This document shows, piece after piece, positions 6,011-13,774 of a DNA stretch of 26,432 nt (the stretch's first letter is position 1; each line of letters begins with the position of its first letter). The DNA comes from a virus (taxonomy: Duplodnaviria; Caudoviricetes). The translations under genes and the position numbers were made by a program. The stretch covers positions 1 to 26,432 of the IMG/VR virus record IMGVR_UViG_3300017747_003845. One strand, given 5' to 3'. Under the pieces are notes generated by a model. The model saw nothing but the letters and a program-made list of their open reading frames with translations. It was not told where the DNA came from and made no database searches.

Positions 6011-7858
6011 TTAAAAGTTTATATCAGTATTAGGCAACTCTTGCCATATTTGTTGTGGCGTATAATCGTTATCGTCTTTTAGTTTCTTCATCTTGGCAAA
6101 TAATGGGTCGCAAGGCATATCACCAGATAGCTCAACATATCTCTTTTTTGCCCAATTTAAAGTGATTGGGAATGAGCCAAGTTTACCGCCAGTTCTTTTT
6201 CTTTTGAGCTTCTGTATATATACTTCGACATCTGGGCTGTTTTTGTCTTCATGGAATCTAGGTCTGTAATATGTTATGATTTGGTCTGACTTATTAGCCC
6301 ACATACTTCCCCCATGTAAATCGTAGCTATCTGGTACGGGAAGTGAACGGTCTTGGTTGTATGTTGGGTTTTTGGGATGTGCAATAATACAATAAGCAAT
6401 GTTATTTAACAAAGCAAATCGCTTAATATCTTTTAGGACCCAACTTAAATATTGGTCATCGCGTTCATAAGCTTTCTGTGTTTTATCCAATTGGTTGAAT
6501 GGGTCAATCATAACGCCATCCACACCCTTTTTCAAAATCAAATACCGGAACTTATCATGTATTGAGGCAATATCGTGTTCGTTTTCAGGGTAAACATAAT
6601 AAATGTGGTCTGATATGAACTTGCAGGCTTCGGTATATTCTTCAACGGTCATCTTATCCAACCACTTACCTGCATACATTTCAACCAAATCATCGTAGAA
6701 ATCGTTTGGAGGATAGTTCTCTGGGGAAAATATGGCCCACTTCCAACCATCCCAAATAGACTTAGTAAGCATAAGCTGCAACATAAAAAACGACTTCCCG
6801 TGGTTTCCATACCCTGTACATAATGTAATGTCCCCTTTCTTCCACCTGAAATATTCGTCCATCTCTGTAAACCTAGTGGTAGGAGCAAGTTTTACCCCTT
6901 CCTTAAATGACTCAAGCATGTCGGGGAAAATCTGCTCAAGATAATAAACACCATCAACCGGAATTGCAGATGAATTTAATAATGTATCAACAACTGCTTG
7001 CTTACCAAACTTCAACAATACATCATTCAAGTCTTTACAATCTTCAGGATATTCTACAATACGGCACTTCTCTACACCAAGACGACGAACCAATTCATCT
7101 TTAAGTTTTCTTCCGGGTTCATCAGCATCTGTTGCAATGATAAACTCATCAATTGAAGAAAGCCATTCGCTACAATTGTCAAGATACTCTAATTGTTGAT
7201 TTCCCTTACTAGCACCATTGGGAACCGACAAGATAGCCCAACGACCCAATTCATGCTCTACCACTTCCCCGTCATCATCTGCAATAGGGTCATAATCTTT
7301 ACTAAATCCTGCCTCGTATGCAACTAATGCATCCCATTCCCCTTCAGTAATAATAGCACAGTGTTTGCCATCAAGTGTCTGCATCCCAAAGAAAATCAAT
7401 TCAGCGTCTTTTACAAGACGAAAATTCTTTGCACCATCACGATACTTGGCATTTACTATTTCGCCGGAACGGATGTAAGGGAATACAATGCATCGTTCTT
7501 TTTTCTGTGTTGCTGGCATCCACTCTTCCCGACCATGTATAAAGAATCTTTCTAATGTTTCACGTGAAAGTCCACGGCCATTTGAATAATTCAAAATGCG
7601 TTCGTTAAGTTCAACATTAGCGAGCATCGATTTATCTGGTCGCAAATATTTTTTTGCTGACTCTTTTCTTTCAAATGTTTTCACATTTCCTTTCCATCCG
7701 CAGTGGTGACAGTTATAAGTTCCCTCAGTTACATTAACCGACAAGCAAGGGTCTTTTTTGTTACGGCGGGAATCGGAGCATTTAGGGCATACTGTTTTTT
7801 CTTGTCCACTACGGCGACGAATTTTAATCCCAAGTTTTGAGAGCTGGTTGTAGTACAT
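6011..7858 (-). CDS. Bifunctional DNA primase-helicase (T7 gp4/Twinkle-like)
   Basis: Zn-binding CPKC...CHHC, TOPRIM TEGEWD and DADEPG, SF4 helicase Walker A GYGNHGKS and Walker B VMIDP, followed by AHP. Confidence 0.93.
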   Translation of the reverse strand: MYYNQLSKLGIKIRRRSGQEKTVCPKCSDSRRNKKDPCLSVNVTEGTYNCHHCGWKGNVKTFERKESAKKYLRPDKSMLANVELNERILNYSNGRGLSRETLERFFIHGREEWMPATQKKERCIVFPYIRSGEIVNAKYRDGAKNFRLVKDAELIFFGMQTLDGKHCAIITEGEWDALVAYEAGFSKDYDPIADDDGEVVEHELGRWAILSVPNGASKGNQQLEYLDNCSEWLSSIDEFIIATDADEPGRKLKDELVRRLGVEKCRIVEYPEDCKDLNDVLLKFGKQAVVDTLLNSSAIPVDGVYYLEQIFPDMLESFKEGVKLAPTTRFTEMDEYFRWKKGDITLCTGYGNHGKSFFMLQLMLTKSIWDGWKWAIFSPENYPPNDFYDDLVEMYAGKWLDKMTVEEYTEACKFISDHIYYVYPENEHDIASIHDKFRYLILKKGVDGVMIDPFNQLDKTQKAYERDDQYLSWVLKDIKRFALLNNIAYCIIAHPKNPTYNQDRSLPVPDSYDLHGGSMWANKSDQIITYYRPRFHEDKNSPDVEVYIQKLKRKRTGGKLGSFPITLNWAKKRYVELSGDMPCDPLFAKMKKLKDDNDYTPQQIWQELPNTDINF

Positions 7859-7929
7859 TACAAATATTTATTTGGCAAATGATTTTAAGGCGATTCTAGC
7901 CCCTCAAATTTTTGAGTGGGGTCTTGGTA

Positions 7930-8661
7930 TTACTTTTCATTTTGAATCGAAATTTGGGCTGTTTCCGTGCGTCTGGTGAGATTCTGGACCTCAGTCTCGA
8001 CCTCGCAAAGCGGCCTGACCAACTCCGGAGCCATTTCGATGTGCGATGCCCGAATTTGCTTTTTTGCCAAAAGTTCGAATTCTTCGTCGGTTAGCGGCTG
8101 ACAAGTCTCGTCGTCGAAAACAACAACTTTCAACTTAGGCAAAAAATAAACTCCAACTTTTTTGGGTTTTTCTACAACCGGGTAAAACTTCTTTTCGTTT
8201 TCTTTTTTATTTTTTTTTTCTTTTTCTTTTCCAAAATCCTTAGTTAGTACATTTCCTTTACTTTCCTTTCCTTTCCTTTCCTTTATAGCATTGCGGTCGC
8301 TCTCCGGACGCAATGCGTTCGCATCCGACCATCTGTAAGACGCTGATTCTCTTGCTTTTAAAGATTTGCTATTTCTCTCATCTAATCGTCTTTGTACCGA
8401 CTTGGAACCGAAAAAATTTTCCGAAATTTCAAACAAATCAAAGTCTCGCACTACGCTCGCTACAATGTCGCATTGCGTTCGCAAATCGAACGCAATGCCT
8501 TCGTAATCCGTTCGCAATGCGTTCGCATTATTGTATAAATCTTCGACAATTGACCAATAAATTCCGTACCCAACCATGCCGTGGCGACGCACCAACATCT
8601 TGATTTTTTCGTCATTTCTGGCGTTATAATCGTGGCTAAAATAAAAGGTTTGTTTTGCCAT
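7930..8661 (-). CDS. DUF4373/Lin1244-type putative replication initiator
   Basis: N-terminus MAKQTFYFSHDYNARNDEKIKML...GYGIYWSIVEDLY matches the Bacteroidota DUF4373 pattern, with a KERKGKESKG linker. It sits upstream of the primase-helicase. The start was reassigned from 8706 to the ATG at 8661. Confidence 0.8.
   Translation of the reverse strand: MAKQTFYFSHDYNARNDEKIKMLVRRHGMVGYGIYWSIVEDLYNNANALRTDYEGIAFDLRTQCDIVASVVRDFDLFEISENFFGSKSVQRRLDERNSKSLKARESASYRWSDANALRPESDRNAIKERKGKESKGNVLTKDFGKEKEKKNKKENEKKFYPVVEKPKKVGVYFLPKLKVVVFDDETCQPLTDEEFELLAKKQIRASHIEMAPELVRPLCEVETEVQNLTRRTETAQISIQNEK
8288..8535. repeat. Iteron-like 11-bp tandem arrays inside the initiator gene (putative replication origin)
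   Basis: Consensus GCA(A/T)TGCGTTC, with 4 units at 8288-8331 and 8 units at 8448-8535. A perfect 12-bp inverted repeat spans 8470-8498, and an A/T tract lies at about 8190-8280. Confidence 0.65.
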
Positions 8662-8805
8662 AAAAAAGGGTGGCTTGCCTGTGCCTTTGCTAAAGATATA
8701 ATACACCCAAAATGGGGCAAAAATCTAGCACAGGACAAGCCGTATTTTTAAATAAATTGAATGAAAAATGGGGCATATTATATGTCTTTAGCGGCATCAA
8801 AATTA
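8662..8805 (-). ncRNA. Structured 5' leader / candidate antisense-type regulatory RNA of the replication operon
   Basis: -7 box TAATTTTG (8798-8805). Stem 8728-8741/8672-8684. The 5' segment 8771-8792 is complementary to loop segment 8689-8708. Direct repeat at 8709-8719/8765-8775. U6 immediately precedes the ATG. Confidence 0.6.
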
Positions 8806-8835
8806 AGGGTCGTTTGTTCATCAAAAAAATAAATT

Positions 8836-9066
8836 TTAATCTTCCCTTTTTTTACCAAATTCTGGAAGCTCATTTAATATTCTGCTCCATCTTTCTACTC
8901 GGTCTGTAGATGCAAAACCTTGAAAGTGTTCATTCAATTCATTAAGCACCAATTTGGCGGCCAATATAGATGCTTTTCTGGCTAATTCTACATCTCCCAA
9001 TTCAATAGTCATTTGCATAAATAACCAAGATGTGGTTTGGGGAAATGCTGTTGTTTGTATTGTCAT
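8836..9066 (-). CDS. Hypothetical phage protein
   Basis: 76-aa ORF with A-rich start (AAAAAAACAATG). Confidence 0.65.
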   Translation of the reverse strand: MTIQTTAFPQTTSWLFMQMTIELGDVELARKASILAAKLVLNELNEHFQGFASTDRVERWSRILNELPEFGKKRED

Positions 9067-9077
9067 TGTTTTTTATT

Positions 9078-9506
9078 TTAATGTTGGTAAGATATTTTAG
9101 ATAGTTTTTTATCAGAGTTCCAATAATATATTCTAACTCCGTAAACGACATCTTTTAATTTAGTTATTTCGATAATAATTTCTTCTCCATTTGTATCAAT
9201 ACAATCGTATTCTACAAAATCAAAATATGCGTCGGTAGATTTGTCGTATTCTTTCTCAGTTTCTTGAGACCGTATTTTATATTTTTTATTCTCAATTGTA
9301 ATTTCTTTATCTGATAAAAAAAGTAATGACCTTTGGGATGATGAATTTTCAGATATAAAATCTTCTTTAGCTACGTCGTATACAAATTCTAACTTTTTTT
9401 CGAACAAGGCTACAATTCCCTTGTAGCTAAAAATCTCGTTTTGGGATTGGCCGTTGATGTTAAGGCTTAATAGGATGATAAGAAAAGAAATAATTGTTTT
9501 TTTCAT
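9078..9506 (-). CDS. Secreted/periplasmic protein with Sec signal peptide
   Basis: MKKTIISFLIILLSLNING|Q is a basic N-region plus hydrophobic core with cleavage before Gln, as is typical in Bacteroidota. Start reassigned to the ATG at 9506, which has an A-rich leader and an upstream TATCTTTA box. Confidence 0.7.
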   Translation of the reverse strand: MKKTIISFLIILLSLNINGQSQNEIFSYKGIVALFEKKLEFVYDVAKEDFISENSSSQRSLLFLSDKEITIENKKYKIRSQETEKEYDKSTDAYFDFVEYDCIDTNGEEIIIEITKLKDVVYGVRIYYWNSDKKLSKISYQH

Positions 9507-9573
9507 TGTTTTTGTTTTTGGTTTGTAAAGATATTTGTTGTGTTTATTGAAAGGTGTTAATGCATAGTTAAAG

Positions 9574-10074
9574 TCAAACATTAAAGTCTTTAAATGGGTC
9601 GTTATCGTCTAATTTTTTTTGAAAAAATTCGGGAATTCGTGATGTCTCTTTAATGTCTGGCGAAATACTGATAAACCTGTCCGTTGCTTCTTTAAATATG
9701 GGCATTTTTCTAGCAGCCTCCCAATTGCTATCGTATGTGCCGTGACAATTGCACCACTTACCTAAAATCATATAATTTAAAGGGTGTGTGGCTACTGATG
9801 GGAATATTGACTTGGGGATTACGTGGGCTATGCAAGCATGCCAGTCTTGTTTATTATAGTGCGCAAGCGATTCCCCGCAATTCCAACATTGCTTGTCTTC
9901 CCGGGCCATAATACCCTCATACCATTTTTGAAGTTCAGAGGGAAGTCCTGACTCCTTAAATTCTAGTTCTTGGGCAATTTTCTTTGCCGACTTTTTAGGG
10001 ATGCGATAAGCCTTCTTTGGCTTTTCTTGTTTCCCGTTAAGTTTCTGGTTAAAGCGTTCTTCTAGGTAACTCAT
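9574..10074 (-). CDS. HNH/His-Me finger nuclease-like protein (NinG/Ref-like)
   Basis: CWNC...AHVIPKS...HPLN...CNCH motif arrangement with a basic N-terminus. Confidence 0.7.
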   Translation of the reverse strand: MSYLEERFNQKLNGKQEKPKKAYRIPKKSAKKIAQELEFKESGLPSELQKWYEGIMAREDKQCWNCGESLAHYNKQDWHACIAHVIPKSIFPSVATHPLNYMILGKWCNCHGTYDSNWEAARKMPIFKEATDRFISISPDIKETSRIPEFFQKKLDDNDPFKDFNV

Positions 10075-10078
10075 GATG

Positions 10079-10110
10079 CAAACATAAAGTACCTAAACAA
10101 ACAAACCAAA
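10079..10110 (-). promoter_or_regulatory. Bacteroidota promoter for the leftward early operon (probably leaderless first gene)
   Basis: TTTG-N20-TATGTTTG, with ATG 4 nt downstream. Confidence 0.75.
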
Positions 10111-10156
10111 TTTTATTTGTTAAAAAAATTATTTTTTTTCTACATGATTTGTCCCA

Positions 10157-10231
10157 TATATTTGCAGTCTTATAGCGATTGAACATAGTTTGGCAAAATC
10201 CCCGCCTGTATTTTAATACTGGGCGGTTTTT
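10157..10231 (+). promoter_or_regulatory. -7 promoter box followed about 40 nt later by a terminator hairpin (short RNA or attenuator)
   Basis: TATATTTG at 10157-10164. CCGCCTGTATTTTAATACTGGGCGG plus T5 at 10202-10231. Confidence 0.55.
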
Positions 10232-10247
10232 AAAAAAAATTAATTTT

Positions 10248-10472
10248 ATGATTATCGAAACAACAATGACTATTGATGTAACACCTACAGAAGAGGAAAA
10301 AGTATGGGTAAAAGCACTTGCATCCGGCGAAAAAGCGGGCAAGATTGCCGAAAAGCTTGGTATGAACCGTAATACGTTTGCGTACCATTTGCGTTTTTTG
10401 CGTGCAAAATTTCAATGCAAAAACACAAATCAGCTTATTTCATATTTTTTGAGAAACAATCTAATTGATTAA
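10248..10472 (+). CDS. LuxR/GerE-type HTH transcription regulator (stand-alone DNA-binding domain)
   Basis: PTEEEKVWVKALASGEKAGKIAEKLGMNRNTFAYHLRFLRAKFQCKNTNQLISYFLRNNLI fits the LuxR C-terminal domain pattern. Confidence 0.85.
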   Translation: MIIETTMTIDVTPTEEEKVWVKALASGEKAGKIAEKLGMNRNTFAYHLRFLRAKFQCKNTNQLISYFLRNNLID

Positions 10473-10484
10473 AATACTGCAACA

Positions 10485-10682
10485 ATGAAAATCAGAATTG
10501 AAAAACTGCAAAAAGAACTGACTCGGGGAAGTGCTAAAGAACAGGTTGTAGCTCTTAAAGAGCTTAAAGAATTTGTCATCAAATCTTTGTCACAAGAACA
10601 GGCTGAAATCCAAAGTTCTGTTTCAGGTATTCAAGATTTGATTAATGAGATTAGCGGAGGTGTTCCCCAATCTAACGGTTAA
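10485..10682 (+). CDS. Small coiled-coil hypothetical protein
   Basis: 65-aa ORF with good start context (CAACAATG) and heptad-like pattern. Confidence 0.6.
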   Translation: MKIRIEKLQKELTRGSAKEQVVALKELKEFVIKSLSQEQAEIQSSVSGIQDLINEISGGVPQSNG

Positions 10683-10921
10683 GAGTTGGCACTTGTAATA
10701 AGTGTAGAGGCTGATTCTTTTGCGTAATAAACTGGGAAAGGCGTTTGTGCGGTAATAATTTCTATTGTTGAGTTACAGTCGACTCCTTGAAATTGTATAG
10801 CTGGAGATGTTGGTTTAATTAATATTTGGTTTGTTGGGAATCCAATTTCGATACCCATACTAGATGTATAATCGGGATTACCCTGATAACCGTAAATTGA
10901 TGCAGTTAGAATATTTGCCAT
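10679..10921 (-). CDS. Hypothetical protein, paralog of 10981-11247
   Basis: Shares MA..(I/V)YG..G, VxCNSxIE and a C-terminal aromatic...AN pattern with its neighbour. Confidence 0.75.
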   Translation of the reverse strand: MANILTASIYGYQGNPDYTSSMGIEIGFPTNQILIKPTSPAIQFQGVDCNSTIEIITAQTPFPVYYAKESASTLITSANS

Positions 10922-10932
10922 ACCACAAAAAT

Positions 10933-10960
10933 AAGAAAATCCGAGTTTCCTCGGATTCCC
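10933..10960 (-). terminator. Intrinsic terminator-like hairpin between the two paralogs
   Basis: Minus strand AATCCGAG-GAAA-CTCGGATT followed by TTCTT (GNRA loop). Confidence 0.7.
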
Positions 10961-10980
10961 AAAACCAATACGAATTGGAA

Positions 10981-11247
10981 TTAAGCCAACGGAGCGTTAG
11001 CCAAAGCCAAAACTTCTGCAACGGTTTTAGCGGTAAAGAACTTGGTCGATACCTGATTCAAACCAGTTGGCAGGAGTTCAATTACGGAATTACAAGTGAC
11101 ATTAGCCTGACCACGCTGTTGTGTGGTTGGGTAAACGTGAACTCCGAGGGAGGGCAGCAAGTTTGCTTGTCCACCAGCAGCGGCGATTTCGGTTTGTCCA
11201 CCGGGCCCGTCAATTCCGTAAACATAAACGCTAATAAGCTGTGCCAT
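10981..11247 (-). CDS. Hypothetical protein, possibly a highly expressed virion protein
   Basis: ATG at 11247 (MAQLISVYVYGIDG...). Codon usage resembles the capsid gene, and the gene has its own terminator. Confidence 0.75.
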   Translation of the reverse strand: MAQLISVYVYGIDGPGGQTEIAAAGGQANLLPSLGVHVYPTTQQRGQANVTCNSVIELLPTGLNQVSTKFFTAKTVAEVLALANAPLA

Positions 11248-11310
11248 GTTTAAAAATTTGATTGTGAAGAAAACTCTTCGCAAACGCTTGCGAAATATCA
11301 ACGTAAAATT

Positions 11311-12120
11311 ATGAATATCCCTTTAAAGTACAAAACATCATCTCCGGCTGGTGATTTGATTAGTTTTTTGGCTGGTATCAAGAAAATGTGGGAAGACACT
11401 GGGCGAAAGGCTATTATATACCAACGGATAGGTATGCAGGGAATTGGTTATGATGGCAGCATACATCCATTCCAAAATAACGAAGGTGAGCCAGTTTGTA
11501 TGTCAGAATATATGTTTGATATGCTAAAGCAACTAATCGAAGAACAAGAATATGTTGAATCATTTTTGGTTTGGAAAGGGGAAGATTTTGATGTTGATTT
11601 TGATTTAATCAGGCTTGAGAGATATACAAATCAGCCAAAAGGCTCATTAAATAGGTGGTTTAATTACGTTTTCCCGCAAATGGCCTCAGACCTTTCTAAA
11701 CCATGGCTAACACTTCCTACCACATTAAATTTTGCCTTCCCTTGGAACAATAAAATTTTAATTAATTTTACACAACGATATAGAAACTACTTAATTACAT
11801 ATCATTTTTTGAAAAAACATCAAAATGATATAATGTTTTTGGGTTTAGCTAAAGAGAAAGATATTTTTTGCAAAACTTGGGATTTAGAAATTGAACATTA
11901 TGAACCAGATAATTTTTATCAATTGGCCCAAGCTATAAAAAATTGCAAATTCTTTCTTGGAAATCAAAGTTTTTGTTTCCAATTAGCTGAAGCCTTGAAA
12001 GCTCCTAGAATTTTAGAAACTTTTACAATGATGCCGAATGTGATTCCGGTAGGCGAAAAAGCATTTGATTTCTATCATCAAGGCGGGTTAGAATATTATT
12101 TTGAAAAATTAAATAAATGA
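11311..12120 (+). CDS. GT-B fold glycosyltransferase (GT9/heptosyltransferase-like)
   Basis: N-terminal AGDLI and C-terminal LAQAIKNCKFFLGNQSFCFQLAEALKAP resemble GT9 nucleotide-sugar-binding motifs. Confidence 0.7.
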   Translation: MNIPLKYKTSSPAGDLISFLAGIKKMWEDTGRKAIIYQRIGMQGIGYDGSIHPFQNNEGEPVCMSEYMFDMLKQLIEEQEYVESFLVWKGEDFDVDFDLIRLERYTNQPKGSLNRWFNYVFPQMASDLSKPWLTLPTTLNFAFPWNNKILINFTQRYRNYLITYHFLKKHQNDIMFLGLAKEKDIFCKTWDLEIEHYEPDNFYQLAQAIKNCKFFLGNQSFCFQLAEALKAPRILETFTMMPNVIPVGEKAFDFYHQGGLEYYFEKLNK

Positions 12121-12338
12121 TACATCATTTCCCAACGCCAATACCTGTTCATACCCCCCACGGATATGGGGATGCTATATTATTAATAGATTATGGTATA
12201 GATGTAAATACTGTGTGGCTTGTTAGACTGGAGGGTGGAGCTGTAAAACATTATTTGTCAGATGACGTAAGAATTTATGGTAATCCTATGTATGGCAAAT
12301 CTTATGATATTAATATACCCGAAAATTGGAAACAGTGA
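12117..12338 (+). CDS. Conserved small phage hypothetical protein
   Basis: PIPVHTPHGYGDAILLIDYG...WLV; ATGA overlap with the upstream gene. Confidence 0.7.
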   Translation: MIHHFPTPIPVHTPHGYGDAILLIDYGIDVNTVWLVRLEGGAVKHYLSDDVRIYGNPMYGKSYDINIPENWKQ

Positions 12339-13774
12339 AAAATAAATTACACAATGTAACACTAATTGTAATTGATTGCCATAATTATAAAGGGGCTGTA
12401 GATGCTTTGAAAAAAAGCATGGAACAATGTGAATTTGCATCCGTAAAATTTTTGACAGATATTGATATAAAGATTAATGGTATTGAAGTAATTAAAATAG
12501 ATTCAATAAAGTCTAAAGAAGAATATTCTGAGTTTATAATTAAAAAGCTTAATTATTTCTTTCAGACTGAATATGTTCTTGTTTGTCAACATGATGGCTA
12601 CGTTTTGGATGGGAACTGTTGGGATGATGAATTCTTTAAATATGATTACATCGGGGCACCTTGGCTATATGTAGACGGTAAAAATGTTGGCAATGGCGGA
12701 TTTTCTTTAAGGTCTAAAGAACTTCAACACGCATTGGCTACTGATGATTTCATTACAGCTACAGACCCAGAAGACCAAGCTATTGGGAGGTTGTATCGAG
12801 ATTATTTGATTAAAAAATATGACATTAGATTCCCCCCAGAAGAATTGGCTGATAAGTTTTCATTTGAGTTGAGGCAGCCAGCACAACCAACATTTGGGTT
12901 TCATGGTAAATTTCATGAGCCATATAAGCCTGTTGTTGTATTAAAAAGATTGGGTGCAATGGGTGATGTTATAAGACTAGAGCCAGTTATGAGGTATTTC
13001 AATGATACTGGACACATGGTCGTACTTGAAACCTCTACCAACTTTTATAACTTATTTTTATATCATCCTTACAAAATACACAATATTTCACATGTAGATG
13101 GCAGATTATTGAAACGGGCTAAACATTACGACTTAGATATGTCTTATGAAAACAACCCAAAAGTTCCCCATTTAATATCATATTTTGAAACTTGCGGAGT
13201 TGGTGAAGATGATTACAAAAAATACTTAGTTAAGCAAAAGCTGTCATTAGGTTTTCAGATTAATCAAAACACTAAATTGTTTAAAAAATATGTTGTATTG
13301 CATATAGATGATAGACTTCAGCCAAGTAGAAACATCAATGGAATTGATTGGGATATTGTTGTATATGAATTAAAGTATAATGGATATGATGTAATTCAAA
13401 TTGGATTTCAAGATAAAAAAATTCTTGGAGCAATTTATATGAAAACAATAAATGAAAACTTATTGTCTTATGTTGTTGCTGGAGCTGATATGTTTATTGG
13501 TATAGATAGCGGTATTAGTCATATAGCTGCCGGATTTAATGTTCCAAGTATGATATTTTTTGGTAGCGTAGACCCTGACATAATTCACGTTGATTTTGAG
13601 AATATTGTTATTATGACTAATCACGATGATAAAAACCCGATTTGCGAAAAACCCTATTGCTGGCATTCTGTAATTGGCTGCGCAGGAGTTCCTTGTTACA
13701 TAAATGAAAATAATCCTCCTTGTGCTAATTTTTCTACTAAACAAGTTGTTGATTTTATAAAACTAGTAAAATGA
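12326..13774 (+). CDS. Two-domain glycosyltransferase: DUF5672 (GT-A-like) fused to GT9-like domain
   Basis: QHDG, YDYIGAPW, VGNGGFSLRS and PED (DUF5672), then LGAMGDVI and FIGIDSGISHIAAGFNVP (GT9), and a Cys-rich C-terminus. The start may be the GTG at 12335. Confidence 0.8.
   Translation: METVKNKLHNVTLIVIDCHNYKGAVDALKKSMEQCEFASVKFLTDIDIKINGIEVIKIDSIKSKEEYSEFIIKKLNYFFQTEYVLVCQHDGYVLDGNCWDDEFFKYDYIGAPWLYVDGKNVGNGGFSLRSKELQHALATDDFITATDPEDQAIGRLYRDYLIKKYDIRFPPEELADKFSFELRQPAQPTFGFHGKFHEPYKPVVVLKRLGAMGDVIRLEPVMRYFNDTGHMVVLETSTNFYNLFLYHPYKIHNISHVDGRLLKRAKHYDLDMSYENNPKVPHLISYFETCGVGEDDYKKYLVKQKLSLGFQINQNTKLFKKYVVLHIDDRLQPSRNINGIDWDIVVYELKYNGYDVIQIGFQDKKILGAIYMKTINENLLSYVVAGADMFIGIDSGISHIAAGFNVPSMIFFGSVDPDIIHVDFENIVIMTNHDDKNPICEKPYCWHSVIGCAGVPCYINENNPPCANFSTKQVVDFIKLVK

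Noticed and set aside
8448-8535. Repeat array as a possible CRISPR or mini-array
   Set aside because: Contiguous degenerate 11-mers without unique spacers, inside a coding gene, and no cas genes in the window.
8662-8706. Longer upstream starts given in the ORF track (also 3191, 5551, 5771, 9581, 10179, 11301, 15245, 15552)
   Set aside because: The extensions run through promoters, RNA structures or neighbouring genes. Downstream starts have better context and match family N-termini.
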